This document shows, piece after piece, positions 19,921 through 29,940 of a stretch of DNA of 64,000 nucleotides. A program made the position numbers and the translations under genes. A model generated the notes under the pieces. It ran no database searches and was not told the DNA's origin. It worked only from the letters and a program-made list of their open reading frames with translations. The DNA lies in the NCBI GenBank assembly GCA_965248755.1, contig OZ252149.1, forward strand, positions 256,001 to 320,000, given 5' to 3'. Numbering within the stretch: the stretch's first letter is position 1; each line of letters opens with the position of its first letter. This DNA is from Candidatus Latescibacterota bacterium. GTDB taxonomy: Bacteria; Latescibacterota; CBDEFO01.

Positions 19921-20506
19921 TCAACTTGCGTTTTGTTGACTGTATTGCCTCGCGGCATTGGTCATTGCCCGGATGTTCTCAGGGGGTGCTTCGGGGGGGA
20001 TCCCGCATCCGCCGGAGAGAAAGAAACGGCCCGAAGCCCCGAGTGCTTCGATGTTGTGCCGTGCCCACCGTGCCCATAAACGGTGATAGTCGCCGGCTGA
20101 GCTTGGCAAACCACACGCGGTCGTCGCGAATGGGTAGTTTGCGCACCACTTCAGAAAGACTCTCGGTAAGCATTGCCGTAACCGTGGTTCCCGTGAGCAG
20201 GCCGAATCTCGGCACCAAACCCGTAACCGCCCGGTCCCGAGTAATTTCGATGTCATCAATGTGCACGAGCAGGGTGTCGCCCTCCTCCTCGCCATTGACG
20301 TAGACCGGTCCTCTTTGCGGGTTCTAGTACGGATATTCACAGACCTCGGAATAACTTTGGTCTTCGCGCACCAGGCGATTCTCAAAGCAGTCCACACAGT
20401 GAATACGTACACGCTGCCCTGGCTCTACATTCGCAATCGCTTCATGGGCAGCCAAATACGTATACCCATACCGTTGGTGTTTATGAAAATCCACGATTTA
20501 GTCACT
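19921..20506 (-). pseudogene. Chimeric remnant: acetamidase/formamidase N-terminal part fused to a uroporphyrinogen-decarboxylase-family C-terminus
   Basis: CVDCFEN...PY*NPQRGPVYVNG..GDTLLVHIDDI...PFMGTVGTA (in-frame TAG at 20324-20326), then GRFFLSGGCGIPPEAPPENIRAM. Confidence 0.7.
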
Positions 20507-20534
20507 CGTGCTACTGCTCCTTGCGACTCCTTCT

Positions 20535-23132
20535 TCAGTTGTACGGCAGCAACCTGAGCGGGCTTCCGCCTTCCTCAACTCTGCGGAAAAATGTCAACTC
20601 GAGTTGGCTGACCAGATCAGGTCTAGCCTTCAGAAGGGACAATCGATCCCGCACCAGGGGGGCGACCGGTGCGGCTTTGGCGCCGAGAGCGATGAGGTAC
20701 CTGACTACATCCTTCCACGCCCCCGAATTCTCCTTGTCACCCAGCAGCCCGACCATAGTTTTGAGGTCTGACTCCTCGCCACGAATGCAGAACAGGGCGT
20801 AGCATGTGTCAGCCAGGTGTGAGTTTTGCGGCGTGCGGTACCGCTCCAGGACGGAAACGGCGTCGGATGCAGCCGGTCCAATGGCTGCCAGCGCCAGCGT
20901 GACATAGCGATTTTTGGCTTTGGCAGCGGTGTAATGCTCGACTAGAAGGGGGACGGCTGCCGCGGCTGCCGGCCCCATCCCGGCCAGCGCCCGCGTCGCG
21001 GCGCCAACGTTGTCGTGCGGTTTGCCTGCGACCAGCTTCATTGCGTCGGACAGTGCCGGTGCAGCGGCCTCGCCGCAACGGGAGAGCCCGTACCCGGCTA
21101 CCCACACGATGTCCTGATGCGAATCACGCAGCGCTTGCCGCAACGCAGGTACGACTACGTGAGCATACGGCGACACATCCTCGAGTGCATATCCGTTGAA
21201 ATCTTCATCCCAGTTTCGGGGGCGGGCGATACCGGCCAGGGCGAACGTCGCGCCCTGGCGCACGACAGCATCTGGATGTGACAGCAGCGAGGCTATTTTC
21301 GCCGCCGCCGGATACGCATCGGGGCCGATCGCCTCAAGTGCGTGCAGGGCGGGAAAACGAACTTCCGGATCATCGAGCAACGGGATAAGCGCCGGCGTGG
21401 CTTTAGCGGCCTGTGGGCCCAGTTCATACAGCGCCCACGCAGCTGCCCGGCGTTTAGAAACATCAGAACCACGCAGCCCCGCGATACACCGTTTCACCGA
21501 CTTGCCGCGGAAGGCCGCAGCCTCGTCCTTCAGACCCCTACCGGTCCGCCGCTCTTTCCGGTTCACTATCGGGCCGAGCTTTTCAATGTAATCGGCCGCC
21601 GTGGCTCGAATCGCGTCATACTCCTCAATCGTCAACGGCGCGCCTGCCTCCACCTGGTGCGGCAGGATGGATTTTATCGTCAGGCGTGCCCTTAACGCCT
21701 CCACCCATGCCCCCGCCTCGATAGCTGTCGGGTCGGGTGTCTTCGCCTCGACCAGGTCCTCGACCATCTGAAGGTAGCGATAGTCGTCAACGCCTTCGCG
21801 GCGGCCCTCCCAACCCGTGTGTGGCATCGGCTCGTGGCTGTCTGGTTTCCACCAGACCTGACTGTGAACCCCGGTGCCCGCGTATACCCACAGCCAATTT
21901 CCTTCGATCCGGTGCGCCCAGGTGTGCAGTCCGACGTAGTAGCGCTGAGTAATCGGGCTGAAGCTCTGCCTCCATATACGATAGGAGTAGCTCCAGACCT
22001 CTGCACCCATCCGTTTGGCCTCGGCCTGAAACTCGGGTGTGAGCAAGCCGTCGTGTAAGGTCCACACGTCGAGAAAATCACCATAGGCGTACGCCGGCGA
22101 GATGTGACTCATATCCGCCGACACGCGAATCGGCAACGGGCGCAGGGGAGTAAAGATTTTCCGAAACCCGAGCGCTGGATACATCCCTTCATCCCGACCG
22201 AATAAGACAATCTCCGGCCAGCCGAGCCGGCGCCCCTCCTTCCCCAGCCAAGCCACTGCCGCCTTCTGCTGCGTTCGGGAAATGTCATCACCGACCATGC
22301 TGGCCACGGTTACAACGGGAATTCGCGGGCGAGTGAGCCCCGCCTTTTTGGCCAATGCGAGGGATTTCTCCACCATCCGGCTGTTTAGTGGCGGCAACTC
22401 GGTCCGGTAGTCTCCCCCACCATAGAATGTAACCGAGTTCTGCCCGTGCGCCGCCATATCCCGGTAAAACGCCAGCGCAACCTGATCCTCCAGTTCCCAG
22501 GATCCAAATCGCTTGGGTAACATATCCTCACGAAAGTACACGGCAAATACGGCTCGCGGCTCTGCCAGTTGAAAAGGCCTGACGCGCACCTGCAAGTCCA
22601 GCTCGGTCGCTGGCCGACCGTCCGGCTCAATGCGGATCTTACCCTGATGCACACCGTGAGGTGTTTCAGGATCAGCACGGAACAGCAGCCAAAAATTGAT
22701 GGATTCGCCTTTAGCAAGTTCGCCAACAACCTCTCCTCGCTGCAAATACACTTCGCTTGGCACCCGCATTAGCACCGTCGCGCCGGGTTCTGAGGCCACT
22801 TGTTGCTTGATGCCTGGATCGATGCGGTGATAGACCGTCACCTCGAGGTCAGATATCACCGTGACCCGGATGTTGGTCAAGCCACCTGCCAGCGCGTGAA
22901 CACCAATCTGAACCGGCTCGTACTCATCCCCGGCTAACGAGCATGAAACTTTCTCGGCAACGTCGCCCGGCGTGGGCACGTGCGAAGGCGGCAGGTTCTT
23001 AAGCGTGCTGTAATTAAAGACAACGTAACCCTTGTCTCGATCCACTTTCATCCACTCCATGGGCCCACAGGCATTGAGAGCCGTTAATCCAACGGCCAGC
23101 AATGTATAGGCAACTATGCTGCGTTTTCTCAT
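20535..23132 (-). CDS. Family A copy 2: putative lipoprotein, GH123/DUF4091-like domain plus HEAT repeats
   Basis: Lipobox-like LNA-C; GRDEG; WEGRREGVDDYRYL; HEAT repeats. Confidence 0.85.
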   Translation of the reverse strand: MRKRSIVAYTLLAVGLTALNACGPMEWMKVDRDKGYVVFNYSTLKNLPPSHVPTPGDVAEKVSCSLAGDEYEPVQIGVHALAGGLTNIRVTVISDLEVTVYHRIDPGIKQQVASEPGATVLMRVPSEVYLQRGEVVGELAKGESINFWLLFRADPETPHGVHQGKIRIEPDGRPATELDLQVRVRPFQLAEPRAVFAVYFREDMLPKRFGSWELEDQVALAFYRDMAAHGQNSVTFYGGGDYRTELPPLNSRMVEKSLALAKKAGLTRPRIPVVTVASMVGDDISRTQQKAAVAWLGKEGRRLGWPEIVLFGRDEGMYPALGFRKIFTPLRPLPIRVSADMSHISPAYAYGDFLDVWTLHDGLLTPEFQAEAKRMGAEVWSYSYRIWRQSFSPITQRYYVGLHTWAHRIEGNWLWVYAGTGVHSQVWWKPDSHEPMPHTGWEGRREGVDDYRYLQMVEDLVEAKTPDPTAIEAGAWVEALRARLTIKSILPHQVEAGAPLTIEEYDAIRATAADYIEKLGPIVNRKERRTGRGLKDEAAAFRGKSVKRCIAGLRGSDVSKRRAAAWALYELGPQAAKATPALIPLLDDPEVRFPALHALEAIGPDAYPAAAKIASLLSHPDAVVRQGATFALAGIARPRNWDEDFNGYALEDVSPYAHVVVPALRQALRDSHQDIVWVAGYGLSRCGEAAAPALSDAMKLVAGKPHDNVGAATRALAGMGPAAAAAVPLLVEHYTAAKAKNRYVTLALAAIGPAASDAVSVLERYRTPQNSHLADTCYALFCIRGEESDLKTMVGLLGDKENSGAWKDVVRYLIALGAKAAPVAPLVRDRLSLLKARPDLVSQLELTFFRRVEEGGSPLRLLPYN

Positions 23133-23242
23133 GTTCCATCTCCTTCCAGCGAGTTAAGATCCGAATTGTCCGCACGCTGCGACCGGACAACACGCTTGCC
23201 CAGATGTGGGCCCTTTATCCCAATATCCACCTGATGATCCGG
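23133..23242 (-). repeat. Conserved ~110-bp leader upstream of family A genes (also 29309-29418 and 43198-43300)
   Basis: Shared CAGGTGGATRTTG..ATAAAGG...GATCTTAACTCRCTGGARGGA before the ATG. Confidence 0.8.
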
Positions 23243-23363
23243 TTTGTTAGGCCGGGGCATGAGTTCACCTTCAAAACAAGAGCTGTCAGTTACCTCCCAA
23301 CCACAGGTGCTAGAGCCTCCCCTGGAAGTTTCGTATAAGCTTGACGTCGAAGACCCGTCGTCC

Positions 23364-24048
23364 GGGTACGGTCACTTTGACCTCGCCGGCCTCGACCCAG
23401 GGGATAAACGGCGCCAGGATTGTCCACTCCACCAAGCCCATAACCAGCATCTATGCCGGCACAATCAAAATTCGACCCTGAACGCCGGGCAGCAATGGGC
23501 ACGCCGAACGCTATTGGCTCTGATCTCTTTATTCGTCTCGAATGATATGGAAACAACTGGCCAACCGTACAGGAGCTGATAGAGGTTTTTTATGCAAGCC
23601 ATTGCCTATCTTGACGGGCAGTTGACGGCAATTCGGTCAAATAGACCGTCCCGTCTGATTCGGCCAGCGGTTCCAAAGCGACATCAGGACTACCACCTGA
23701 AAGAAACACCCGGCACCTCTCCCCTTTTCACTTTGTCAAGGAAAGACTCCAGGTCCTCTTCCCAATCGGAAAACTTCCCCGACTCGACCATCTGGCGGAT
23801 CTCATCGGCAACAGGTTCCGCCTTTGCTCCCAGTTCATTGAGGAGCTTTACAACTCGCTTCTTCGTCTCGGTGTCCTCATCCGCGTCCTTTAGCAACTCG
23901 ACCATTTTCCGGAGGTCGGAAACCTCATTCCGGATGCAGAAAAGCGCATAGTATGAGTCTGCCCGATTAGGACCGGAGTCCTCCTTTACGGCGTATTCTT
24001 CCAGAGCCGGAATGGCCGATTTGGCGGCCGGGCCAATGGCTGCCAGCG
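23364..24048. repeat. ~685-bp direct repeat, copy 1 (copy 2 at 26359-27045)
   Basis: Near-identical last ~118 codons of family A copies 3 and 4 plus the downstream spacer. Confidence 0.92.
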
Positions 24049-26233
24049 TCCAGGTTACGGGACGATCTTTACCTTTGGCGGCCGCGTAAGATTCGACTAG
24101 AAGGGGGACGGCTGCCGCTGCTGCCGGACCCATCCCACACAGCACCCGCAGCCCGGCCGCGCGGTTGTCGCTTGTTTCCTGGGCCATCTTCATTGCGTCG
24201 CGCAGTGTCGGCGCGGCGGCCTCTCCGCAACGGGACAGCCCATACGCAGCAATCCACACGACATCCTGATGCACATCACGTAGCGCTTGCCGCAACGGCG
24301 GTACAACCGTCTGAGCATAAGGCGACACATCCTCGGGTGCGTATCCGTTCACATCCTCATCCCAGTTTCGTGGGCGGGCGATGCCGGCCAGGGCGAAAGT
24401 CGCGCCCAGGCGCACGAAAGCATCAGGATGTGACAGAAGCGAGGCTATGTTCGGCGCCGCTGGATACGCATCGGGGCCGATCGCCTCGAGTGCGTGCAGG
24501 GCGGGAAAGCGCACTTCCGGATCATCGAGCAACGGGATAAGTGTCGGTGTCGCTTGAGCGGCCTTGGGGCCCAGTTCATACAACGCCCACGCCGCCGCCC
24601 GGCGTTTAGAAACATCAGAACCATTCAGTCCCGCGACACACTGTTCCAGCGACTTGCCGCGGAAGGCCGCAGCCTCGTCCTTCAGACCCCTACCGATCCG
24701 CCGCTCTTTCCTCTCCACTATCGGGCCGAGCTTTTCAATGTAATCGGCCGCCGTGGCTCGAATCGCGTCATATTCCTCGACGTCCAGGGGCTTGCCTGCC
24801 ACCACCTCGTGCGGATCGATGGCCGTGAGCGTGAAGCGTGCCCTCAGCGCCTCCAGCCATGCCCCCGCCTCGATGGCTGTCGGGTCGGGTGTCTTCGCCT
24901 CGACCAGGTCCTCGACCATCTGCAGGTAGCGATAGTCGTCAACTCCTTCGCGGCGGCCCTCCCAACCCGTATGGGGCATCGGCTCGAGGCTGTCCGGTTT
25001 CCACCAGACCTGACTGTGACGCACATGAGTGTATCCCCACAGCCAATTGCCTTCGATCCGGTGCGCCCAGGTGTGCAGTCCGACGTAGTAGCGCTGAGTA
25101 ACCGGGCTGAAGTTCTCCCTCCATATGCGATAGGAGTAGCTCCAGACCTCTGCACCCATCCGTTTGGCTTCGGCCTGCAACTCGGGTGTGAGCAAGCCGT
25201 CGTGCACAGTCCACACGTCGTGAATACCACCATACGCGTGCGCCACCGAGATGTGACTCATGTCCGTCGAGAGGCGAATCGGCAACGGGCGCAGGGGAGC
25301 ATAGGTTTCCCTCATCCCGAGCGCTGGATACATCCCTTCATCCCGGCCGAATAAGACAATCTCCGGCCAGCCGAGCCGGCGCCCCTCCTTCCCCAGCCAG
25401 GCCACCGCCGCCTTCTGCTGCGTTCGGGAAATGTCATCACCGACCATGCTGGCCACGGTTACAACGGGAATTCGCGGGCGAGTGAGCCCCGCCTCTTGGG
25501 CTAGTGCGAGGGACTTCTCCACCATCCGGCTGTTTAGTGGCGGCAACTGGGTACGGTAGTCTCCCCCACCATAAAATGTAACCGAGTTCTGCCCGTGCGC
25601 CGCCATATCACGGTAAATCGCCAGCGCCACCTGATCCTCCACGTCCCAGGTCCCAAAGCGCTTGGGCAGCATGTCCTCACGAAAGTACACGGCAAATACG
25701 GCTCGCGGCTCTGCCAGTTGAAACGGCCTGACACGCACCCGCAGGTCCAGCTCGGTCGCTGCCCGATCGTCCGGCTCAATGCGGATCTTACCCTGATGCA
25801 CCCCGGGAGGTGTGTCAGGATCAGCACGGAACAGCAGCCAAAAATTGATGGATTGCCCTTCAGCAAGTTCGCCAACAACCTCTCCTCGCTGCAGATACAC
25901 CTCGCTTGGCACCAACTCCTGCACCACCGACTCGGGTTCTGCAGCCAGCTGTTTCCTGAGGCCTGGATCAATGCGGCGATAGACCGTCACCTCGAGATCC
26001 GATGCCACCTTGACCCGAATGTTGGTCAAGCCATCGGCCAGCGCGTGAACACCAATCTGAACCGGCTCGTACTCATCCCCGGCTAAGGTGCATGAAACCT
26101 GCTTGGCAACGTCGCCCGGCGTGGGCACGTGCGAAGGCGGCAGGTTCTTAAGCGTGCTGTAATTAAAGACAACGTAACCCTTGTCTCGATCCACTTTCAT
26201 CCACTCCATGTGTGCACCTGAATTATCCTTCAT
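23690..26233 (-). CDS. Family A copy 3: GH123/DUF4091-like domain plus HEAT repeats, signal peptide lost, recombinant
   Basis: Body closely matches copy 2 and C-terminus matches copy 4; starts MKDNSGAHMEW after a GGAGG RBS. Confidence 0.85.
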   Translation of the reverse strand: MKDNSGAHMEWMKVDRDKGYVVFNYSTLKNLPPSHVPTPGDVAKQVSCTLAGDEYEPVQIGVHALADGLTNIRVKVASDLEVTVYRRIDPGLRKQLAAEPESVVQELVPSEVYLQRGEVVGELAEGQSINFWLLFRADPDTPPGVHQGKIRIEPDDRAATELDLRVRVRPFQLAEPRAVFAVYFREDMLPKRFGTWDVEDQVALAIYRDMAAHGQNSVTFYGGGDYRTQLPPLNSRMVEKSLALAQEAGLTRPRIPVVTVASMVGDDISRTQQKAAVAWLGKEGRRLGWPEIVLFGRDEGMYPALGMRETYAPLRPLPIRLSTDMSHISVAHAYGGIHDVWTVHDGLLTPELQAEAKRMGAEVWSYSYRIWRENFSPVTQRYYVGLHTWAHRIEGNWLWGYTHVRHSQVWWKPDSLEPMPHTGWEGRREGVDDYRYLQMVEDLVEAKTPDPTAIEAGAWLEALRARFTLTAIDPHEVVAGKPLDVEEYDAIRATAADYIEKLGPIVERKERRIGRGLKDEAAAFRGKSLEQCVAGLNGSDVSKRRAAAWALYELGPKAAQATPTLIPLLDDPEVRFPALHALEAIGPDAYPAAPNIASLLSHPDAFVRLGATFALAGIARPRNWDEDVNGYAPEDVSPYAQTVVPPLRQALRDVHQDVVWIAAYGLSRCGEAAAPTLRDAMKMAQETSDNRAAGLRVLCGMGPAAAAAVPLLVESYAAAKGKDRPVTWTLAAIGPAAKSAIPALEEYAVKEDSGPNRADSYYALFCIRNEVSDLRKMVELLKDADEDTETKKRVVKLLNELGAKAEPVADEIRQMVESGKFSDWEEDLESFLDKVKRGEVPGVSFRW

Positions 26234-26274
26234 GTTAGCTTCCCCCTCCGTTGACATTGAGAGCCGTTAATCCA

Positions 26275-26490
26275 GACGTCGAAGGCCCGTCGTCCGGCAT
26301 CCAGGCGAGCCACTACCTTGTTGGTGAAGAGATCAATTACCTCCAGATTCTCTCGTCTGGGTACGGTCACTTTCATCTCACCGGCCTCCGCCAAGGCGAC
26401 AAACAGCGCCAGGATCGCCCACGCCACCAAGCCCATAACCAGCAGCCATGCCGGCACAATCAAAATTTGACCCTGAACGCCGGACAGCAA
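26275..26490 (-). pseudogene. Remnant of a further gene family in the family A spacers (also ~23290-23490 and 43349-43526)
   Basis: KVTVPRRENLEVIDLFTNKVVARLDAGRRAFDV versus KLTVPGSAKLQVIYLFTNQVVARLAVGRREFDVKLIRDFQARLYHL. Confidence 0.6.
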
Positions 26491-27045
26491 TGGGCATGCC
26501 GAATGCTATTGGCCCTGATCTCTTTGTTAACCTCCAATGATATGGAAATAACTGACCAACCGCACAGGAGCTGATAGAGGTTTTTTATGCAAGCCATTGC
26601 CTATCTTGACGGGGCAGTTGACGGCAATACGGTCAAATAGAACCGTACCGTCTGATTCGGCCAGCGGTTCCAAAGTGACATCAGGACTACCACATGAAAG
26701 AAACACCCGGCACCTCTCCCCTTTTCACTTTGTCAAGGAAAGACTCCAGGTCCTCTCCCCAATCGGAAAACTTCCCCGACTCGACCATCTGGCGGATCTC
26801 ATCGGCAACAGGTTCCGCCTTTGCTCCCAGTTCATTGAGGAGCTTTACAACTCGCTTCTTCGTCTCGGTGTCCTCATCCGCGTCCTTTAGCAACTCGACC
26901 ATTTTCCGAAGGTCGGAAAGCTCATTCCGGATACAGAAAAGCGCATAGTATGAGTCTGCCCGGTTAGGACCGGAGTCCTCCTTTGCAGCGTATTCTTCCA
27001 GAGCCGTAATGGCCGATTTGGCAGCCGGACCGATAGCAGCCAGCG
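26359..27045. repeat. ~685-bp direct repeat, copy 2
   Basis: Matches 23364-24048. Confidence 0.92.
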
Positions 27046-29224
27046 CGTTAATGTACCTGATGTCCTCAGATTTGTTCTTGTGCATTTCGATGAGCTTTGG
27101 CACTGTTGCGGCGGCATCCGGACCCAGTCCAGTAATCAGGCCGATTGCTGCGCTTTGACGCGTGTGAGAAGGGTCATCGAGCATTGTGATCGCCTGCGGC
27201 AGAGCGGGCCTGGCAAGATTCCCCATGACGGAGAGCATTCCCGCCGCCTGGGATGACAGCGATGCATTATCATCCCGGTAGGCGACCATCAGCGGTTCGG
27301 CGACGATCGCGGCCCATTCCGAAGGCGATCTGCGCCCGCTGCGGTCGCGTTTATCCAACGGGCACCCGATCTCACCTAGAGCTAATATAGCACCCAGACG
27401 CACGTAGAAATCGGGATGATTCAGCAGCCGTACTATCTTGGGCACGGCCCGATATGCCTCCGGACCGATGTGCTCAAGTGCGTGCAGGGCGGGTATTCGC
27501 ACCTCGGGATCATCAAGCAACCGGGCCAGCGGCTCTGCGGCCTGCGCCGCTTTCGGTCCTAGCTCAAAAAGGGCCCAGGCAGCAGCGCGACGTTCTGACA
27601 CATCCGAACTGGCCAGACCGGCGATACACTGTCTCACCGACTTACCCCGGTAAGATGCTGCCTCATCCTTGGCGTGCGATATCGGCGGACGAGACACAGC
27701 CTCGTTTGGAACAGGGCCCAGTCGTTGGATATAGTCGGCCGCCCTGGCTCGAATCTGGTCGTATTCATCAAGCTCCAGAGGCTTGCCGGCCTCCACTTCG
27801 TTGGGAACGGTGGCCGAAAGACGGACCCTCAGGGCCTGCAGCCACGCCGCTGCTTCAATCGCCAGTGTCTCGTCTGGATTGGCCGCAACGCAGTCCTCGA
27901 CCATCTGCAGGTATCGGTAGTCATCAATCCCTTCCCGCCGGGCCTCCCAGGCAGTAACGGGCATCGGCTCGTGACTCTCAGGCGTAAACCAGACATGCCG
28001 GTGATGCCCGTGGTGATACGCCCAGACCCAATTGCCCCCGAGCTGGTATGTCCAGGTGTAAAGCCCCGCAAAGTAGCGCTGGCTGAAAGGATAGAAATGC
28101 TCTCGCCATATGCGGTACGAATACGTCCAGATCTCTGTTCCCACACGTCTCGCCTCGTCCAGCATCTCAGGCGAGATCATTCCATCCATCACGTTCTGGA
28201 TGTCGCAAAGATCGCCGCCATACCCGTATGCCGACGTTCCAGACAGATCCACGACCACCCGCATGGGAAAGCCGCGCAGATTCCTCAACTCTCTGCTGAC
28301 CGCATCATAGTCCCGCGGGTAACTCGGCTCGTCCGTGCCAAATACAATCAACTCAGGCCATCCCCGTTGCCTTCGCTCTGCTTCCAACCAGGCAGCCGCT
28401 GCCTTCAGTTCCTCATCATTGAGGCCCCCGGGAATTCCGCCTGCGATCAAGCTGGGCACTTCCGGGTCAAGGAGGCCGGCCTGCTGGGCCAGCGGGATCA
28501 GCTTGTCAAGCGCATAGTTGTTCCTGGGCGGCAAGTCGCTAAAGCTTCCCAACGGATAGAACCAACTGGAATTGTGGCCGTGCTCCGCCATGTCCCGGTA
28601 CATGGCCAGTACCGATTCCTTCGGCGTCGCCAGGCCCCCAAAACGTTTCGGCAGCATGTCTTCTCGAAAGTACACGCCAAAAGGCACTCTGGGGCGCTGA
28701 AGCTGGAACGGCCGCACCTTCACCTCGAGACCCAGCACAGTCCCCCGCCTGCCCGCAGCCTCTATCCGAACCTTCCCCCGGTGCAGGCCCTCTGTCGTCT
28801 CGGCATCCGCCCTGAACGTAAGCCAGAAGTTGACGCTCTCACCTGTCGGAAGCTCTTCAAACACGTTCCCTCGCTGCAGATGTATCTGACTTGGTGTCCG
28901 CCGTGCAATCTCATCCATCTCCGCTGGTTCGGATGCCAGTTGCTCTTTGACACGCGGGCTGATCCGGTGATAAACTGTCACTTTTAGATCTGACTCCACC
29001 TTCACCTGTATATCTTTGATGTCGTCCGACAGCGCGTGCACGCCGAACTGAATAGACTCGTACTCATCCCTGGCTAAAGCGCACGAAACCTTCTCCGCAA
29101 CGTCACCCGGCGTGGGTACGTGCGAAGGCGGAAGGTTCTTAAGCGTACCGTAATTGAATACTACGTAGCCCTTGTCTCGATCCAGTTTCATCCACTCCAT
29201 GGGTGCACCTGAATTATCCTGCAT
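26687..29224 (-). CDS. Family A copy 4: GH123/DUF4091-like domain plus HEAT repeats; signal peptide cut off by an in-frame stop
   Basis: GTDEP; WEARREGIDDYRYL; upstream in-frame ATG at 29308 reads MRKRSIVAYTVLAVGLIALDVNREG* (TAA at 29231-29233). Confidence 0.85.
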   Translation of the reverse strand: MQDNSGAPMEWMKLDRDKGYVVFNYGTLKNLPPSHVPTPGDVAEKVSCALARDEYESIQFGVHALSDDIKDIQVKVESDLKVTVYHRISPRVKEQLASEPAEMDEIARRTPSQIHLQRGNVFEELPTGESVNFWLTFRADAETTEGLHRGKVRIEAAGRRGTVLGLEVKVRPFQLQRPRVPFGVYFREDMLPKRFGGLATPKESVLAMYRDMAEHGHNSSWFYPLGSFSDLPPRNNYALDKLIPLAQQAGLLDPEVPSLIAGGIPGGLNDEELKAAAAWLEAERRQRGWPELIVFGTDEPSYPRDYDAVSRELRNLRGFPMRVVVDLSGTSAYGYGGDLCDIQNVMDGMISPEMLDEARRVGTEIWTYSYRIWREHFYPFSQRYFAGLYTWTYQLGGNWVWAYHHGHHRHVWFTPESHEPMPVTAWEARREGIDDYRYLQMVEDCVAANPDETLAIEAAAWLQALRVRLSATVPNEVEAGKPLELDEYDQIRARAADYIQRLGPVPNEAVSRPPISHAKDEAASYRGKSVRQCIAGLASSDVSERRAAAWALFELGPKAAQAAEPLARLLDDPEVRIPALHALEHIGPEAYRAVPKIVRLLNHPDFYVRLGAILALGEIGCPLDKRDRSGRRSPSEWAAIVAEPLMVAYRDDNASLSSQAAGMLSVMGNLARPALPQAITMLDDPSHTRQSAAIGLITGLGPDAAATVPKLIEMHKNKSEDIRYINALAAIGPAAKSAITALEEYAAKEDSGPNRADSYYALFCIRNELSDLRKMVELLKDADEDTETKKRVVKLLNELGAKAEPVADEIRQMVESGKFSDWGEDLESFLDKVKRGEVPGVSFMW

Positions 29225-29496
29225 GTTAGCTTACCCCTCTCTATTGACATCAAGAGCTATTAATCCGACGGCTAGGACCGTATAGGCAACTATGCTGCGT
29301 TTTCTCATGTTTCATTTCCTTCCAGTGAGTTAAGATCCGAGTTGTCCGCCTGCCGCGACCGGCCAATTGGCTTCTCCAGATGTGGGCCCTTTATTCCAAT
29401 ATCCACCTGATGAGCCGGGCTTCTCGGGCTGGGATAGAGGAACGGCGGTAGAGTTTACTATCGTGGTTTCCGGCTTCAAAAACATAGATAGAATAG

Positions 29497-29775
29497 TGAA
29501 GGACTGAAGGGTTTAAACCCTTAGACAGTAACTTTTTCAAAAACATTTTTTCTTTTTTCTGGAAAAGTTCATAGAAAACCCTTCATCTCTTCAGTCTCCC
29601 TGGACAAAAAAACGTAATAGCCAGGTAACGTTTTCTCAAGGGAGGAAAAAATGAATGTTTAAGACCTCGTTACAGTCAAAGAGGAAGCCCAGTTCTTAAG
29701 GTGCTTGGAAAGGCACGTGCACAATGTTTATAGAGTCTGGATTGGTCGCAGCCACAAACCGGGGAAACAGTTCCT
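29497..29775 (+). mobile_element. Degenerate integrative-element remnant: inverted repeats around an A/T tract plus an excisionase-like HTH pseudogene
   Basis: TGAAGGGTTT (29505)/AAACCCTTCA (29576); GGAGG RBS and ATG 29651 reading MNV*DLVTVKEEAQFLRCLERHVHN. Confidence 0.45.
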
Positions 29776-29856
29776 CCTACCCAGAAGCAGTGTCTTGAGC
29801 TACTTCAAGAGATGCAAATATGCCCCCTTTGAGTAGTGGCTCTACCTGCCCCCAAC

Positions 29857-29877
29857 CACCAATTGAATTTATTGGGG
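29857..29877. repeat. Diverged copy of the 21-bp palindromic element
   Basis: CACCAATTGAATTTATTGGGG with outer AAC/GTT pairing. Confidence 0.5.
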
Positions 29878-29940
29878 GTTCAATCTGTGACTCATCATGA
29901 CCCAAGCTGGGATGGGACACGTACCCCTGTCTACTTTCTA

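Noticed and set aside
23364..27045. Long near-identical repeat at gene 3' ends as a DGR template/variable pair
   Set aside because: Mismatches are not confined to adenines, both copies are coding ends, and no reverse transcriptase is in the window
27674..28987. 437-aa plus-strand ORF and similar long antisense ORFs (24494-25354, 46399-47358, 59630-60535, 6680-7468)
   Set aside because: Opposite-strand shadows of GC-rich real genes
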